Positions 61,501 to 64,000 of a stretch of 64,000 bases of DNA are shown here, one piece after another (position 1 is the first letter of the stretch; the number at the start of each line of letters is the position of its first letter). Origin of the DNA: Podarcis muralis. Its lineage: Eukaryota. The DNA lies in the NCBI RefSeq assembly GCF_964188315.1, contig NC_135656.1, positions 93,930,001 through 93,994,000 on the forward strand, in the 5' to 3' direction. Under the pieces are notes generated by a model. It was not told the DNA's origin, made no database searches, and saw only the letters and a program-made list of their open reading frames with translations. Position numbers and translations under genes: made by a program.

Positions 61501-62894
61501 TCTTTCTGTTTCTGTGAAATCTCCTTCTATGTAGCAGCTAAGCACCAGGCACTTGTAAGAAGTCACTGCAAGGTTAATTTACAGTATATGGCATACATAC
61601 TCATAAGTAAGTCTCCTTGTGTTTAATGGGCCATACTCCTAGGTAAGTGAGTACAGGACTGTAGCCTGGGCTTTGGTTTAGAGTTGGCATGGGGGAAAAG
61701 CAGGATTCCTGTGCCTTTAAGAGCAGTGAGGCAAACAGAAATTAACCGGGCCAAGCTTTTTCTAGTCTGGAAATACAATTATAAGGAAAAGTTTCACCTG
61801 TCAGACATTTTATGCTATGTGTGGATTTGGTGGCCCTCCACATCATCTGCAAAAGAGGATGAAATTTCCGCATGACACAAGCAAATACAAACCCTACACA
61901 AATCTGCATCCTGTTTTGTGTGTGGGTCAGAGGGCCCAATCCATATACAGTGTATGGAGCCCAGAAAATCCTGTTGACACCTCCAGGCACATGCAGCAGC
62001 ATCCATCCCCACCATCATATATCTCTGGGGATGCCTGCTCCACTACAATCCCTGTGTATTTAGTGTGAACAGCTAAAGGGTCATGTAAGCATGTTTGCCC
62101 AAACATTGTTTACAAGCCTTCCAAGGAATATTGTAAGTGGGTGCAGGCAAACATGCTTACAAGTCGATTTTGCACCCTTGTATTAAATCCTTGGAGGTTG
62201 GGAATGGATAAAGTGTGTCATGTGTGGTGTGCCTCTGCCTCATTGCCTAATTTTGCCCTTACCTGCCGCGGCTGAGTTCCTGAGGGGAACGAAAGCAGCA
62301 GTTCAATCAATAACCCATATATTAGGCATGGGACTTTACACAGTTAGACATGTGGCTTTAGGTGGGGCACTTTTAAGAGACAAACATTCCTTAAGCTCTT
62401 ATTGGTTCCCACAGCAAATCAAAAGGGCAGAGGCTGACAGATAATGGCTTACCTAAAGCCACCTATTAGGTTTGCGGTGAGATTCAGATAGTGGGATTCA
62501 AGCCAAACTATGTGCGATGTGAGGTTGATTGCATGACTGGAATTTATATGCAGCCACCGACGGGGGTGTGTAGGTAGGACTGTGCCGCAGGTGGGGGGAG
62601 GGTCAACCCTTTTCCTACCCACCAGAGTCTTGATTAACCATTTTCCTCCAAAACTTCTATTAGCTCCTTTCCAATGGTGCCAACAGAAGATTTCCTCCCA
62701 GGACTTAGAGCAGCTGGCAGGACGATGAATGCTAAATGGTAATGGCTTCTGCACACCATTCAAAATGATTTCCTGGCCTTGCAAAATTGAAGACTGCCAT
62801 GTTTCAATTTCTGTCTGCTCTCTGATACCCCAAGTTCCTGCCATGTTTCATTTAAGGTGTAGAACAGATCTGGGTTGCAAGCCAGACTCTGATA

Positions 62895-63135
62895 CAGTGG
62901 TACCTCTAGTTGTGAAATTAATTCATTCCAGAGGTCTGTTCTTAATCTGAAACTGTTCTTAATGAGAGGTGTGCTTTCGCTAATGGGGCCTCTTGCTGCT
63001 GCTGCACCGCCGGCACACGATTTCCATTCTCATCCTGGGGCAAAGTTCTCAACTTGAGGTAACTCTTCCAGGTTAGCGGAGTTTGTAACCTGAAGCATTT
63101 GTAACCTGAGGCATTTGTAACTCGAGGTACCACTA
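62895..63135. mobile_element. Tigger/pogo-like MITE, 241 bp, inverted relative to the 22615 copy
   Basis: TIR CAGTGGTACCTC/GAGGTACCACTA; TA TSD; interior is the reverse complement of the 22615 family. Confidence 0.8.
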
Positions 63136-64000
63136 TATTTCAGAGATGGAGGGTGGGGGAAGCCACGGTTGCTTCTTTATCCCAGAATCTAGAAACATTG
63201 TGTGACATCTGTAGCACTTGGCTAGGAGGAGGCTTGTTCACACATCGTGTGATATTTGTAGCACAGGCTGGGAGGATACTGAGTCTTCAAACTAACCTTA
63301 TGGCTACGACTTCCAGATTAACTTTGTTTCTTTTCTTGTTTTTAAATCTTTCATTGCCCTTTGCTTTCTGAAGAATTCTGCAAAACTCAAAAGCTTACCA
63401 CATTTGGGGGTGGTTCTAATACAGGCCTTGTCCAACTACAAATGCCCAGACAGCACATTTAGGATTCTCCTTAGACTCAGCTACATTAATGAACAAAAAA
63501 AGTGTTTTAAATGCGTTATAACACTGTGACACCAGGTGGCACTGTGGAGTCCTGTCTTTCAGCAACGTGATTTCCCATTATGAGGTTTACAATGCGTTTT
63601 CCTGAAACTTTTTTTTTTTTATGTGTCTAAAACCACAAGAGTAATTGCCATAATGATCACCAGAGCTATCAGCCGATTCACATAATTTCCATATGGTCAA
63701 AGTGAATTGTTTCTTTGAACTCTGGACGTTTTTCAGAGCATGGTGCCAAATGAAAAGAAATTGTCAATGTAGAAAGATTACTTTTATCTCTTCTGTGGTA
63801 TTTGTACAGTTGATTTAGAGAAATGAGGTATTTACTGAATTGACCCCAGTCTTAGAATTTGTATTTTGGGATCATCTAAACTCCTTTTCTAGCCTCTGAA
63901 TATGAATTCAATGTAAATTCAATTATGCATATCATATAGAAAAGTAAAATCCCAAATGACTGTCAAACCTGATCTGCCTTATTGAAGCTCATCTCTATCA

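Noticed and set aside
1-64000. CRISPR arrays, operons or other prokaryotic systems
   Set aside because: Vertebrate intron-exon DNA; no regularly spaced direct repeats with unique spacers

Overview
Squamate reptile (lizard, probably lacertid) genomic DNA. The + strand carries the 3' two-thirds of a contactin-3 (CNTN3) gene: 15 coding exons (6959-49933) encoding Ig4-Ig6, four FnIII repeats and the GPI-anchor signal. All readable introns are GT-AG and phase-compatible. One exon is partly hidden by a 132-N gap, and the earlier exons lie upstream of the window. The rest is intron, 3' UTR and downstream DNA rich in mobile elements: 8 Sauria SINEs of at least 3 subfamilies, a rearranged Bov-B, L2/CR1/L1 fragments, TA-flanked Tigger/pogo-like MITEs, hAT-type elements, two solo LTRs with 5-bp TSDs, and microsatellites. 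Family names and orthologue comparisons come from my memory of consensus sequences, not from database searches. I cannot demonstrate a novel system. The best leads are a hypothetical spliced antisense gene nested in the Ig6 intron, a Bov-B with an inverted 5' end, a 5S-promoter/CR1-tail chimera, and inverted SINE pairs bracketing exons.
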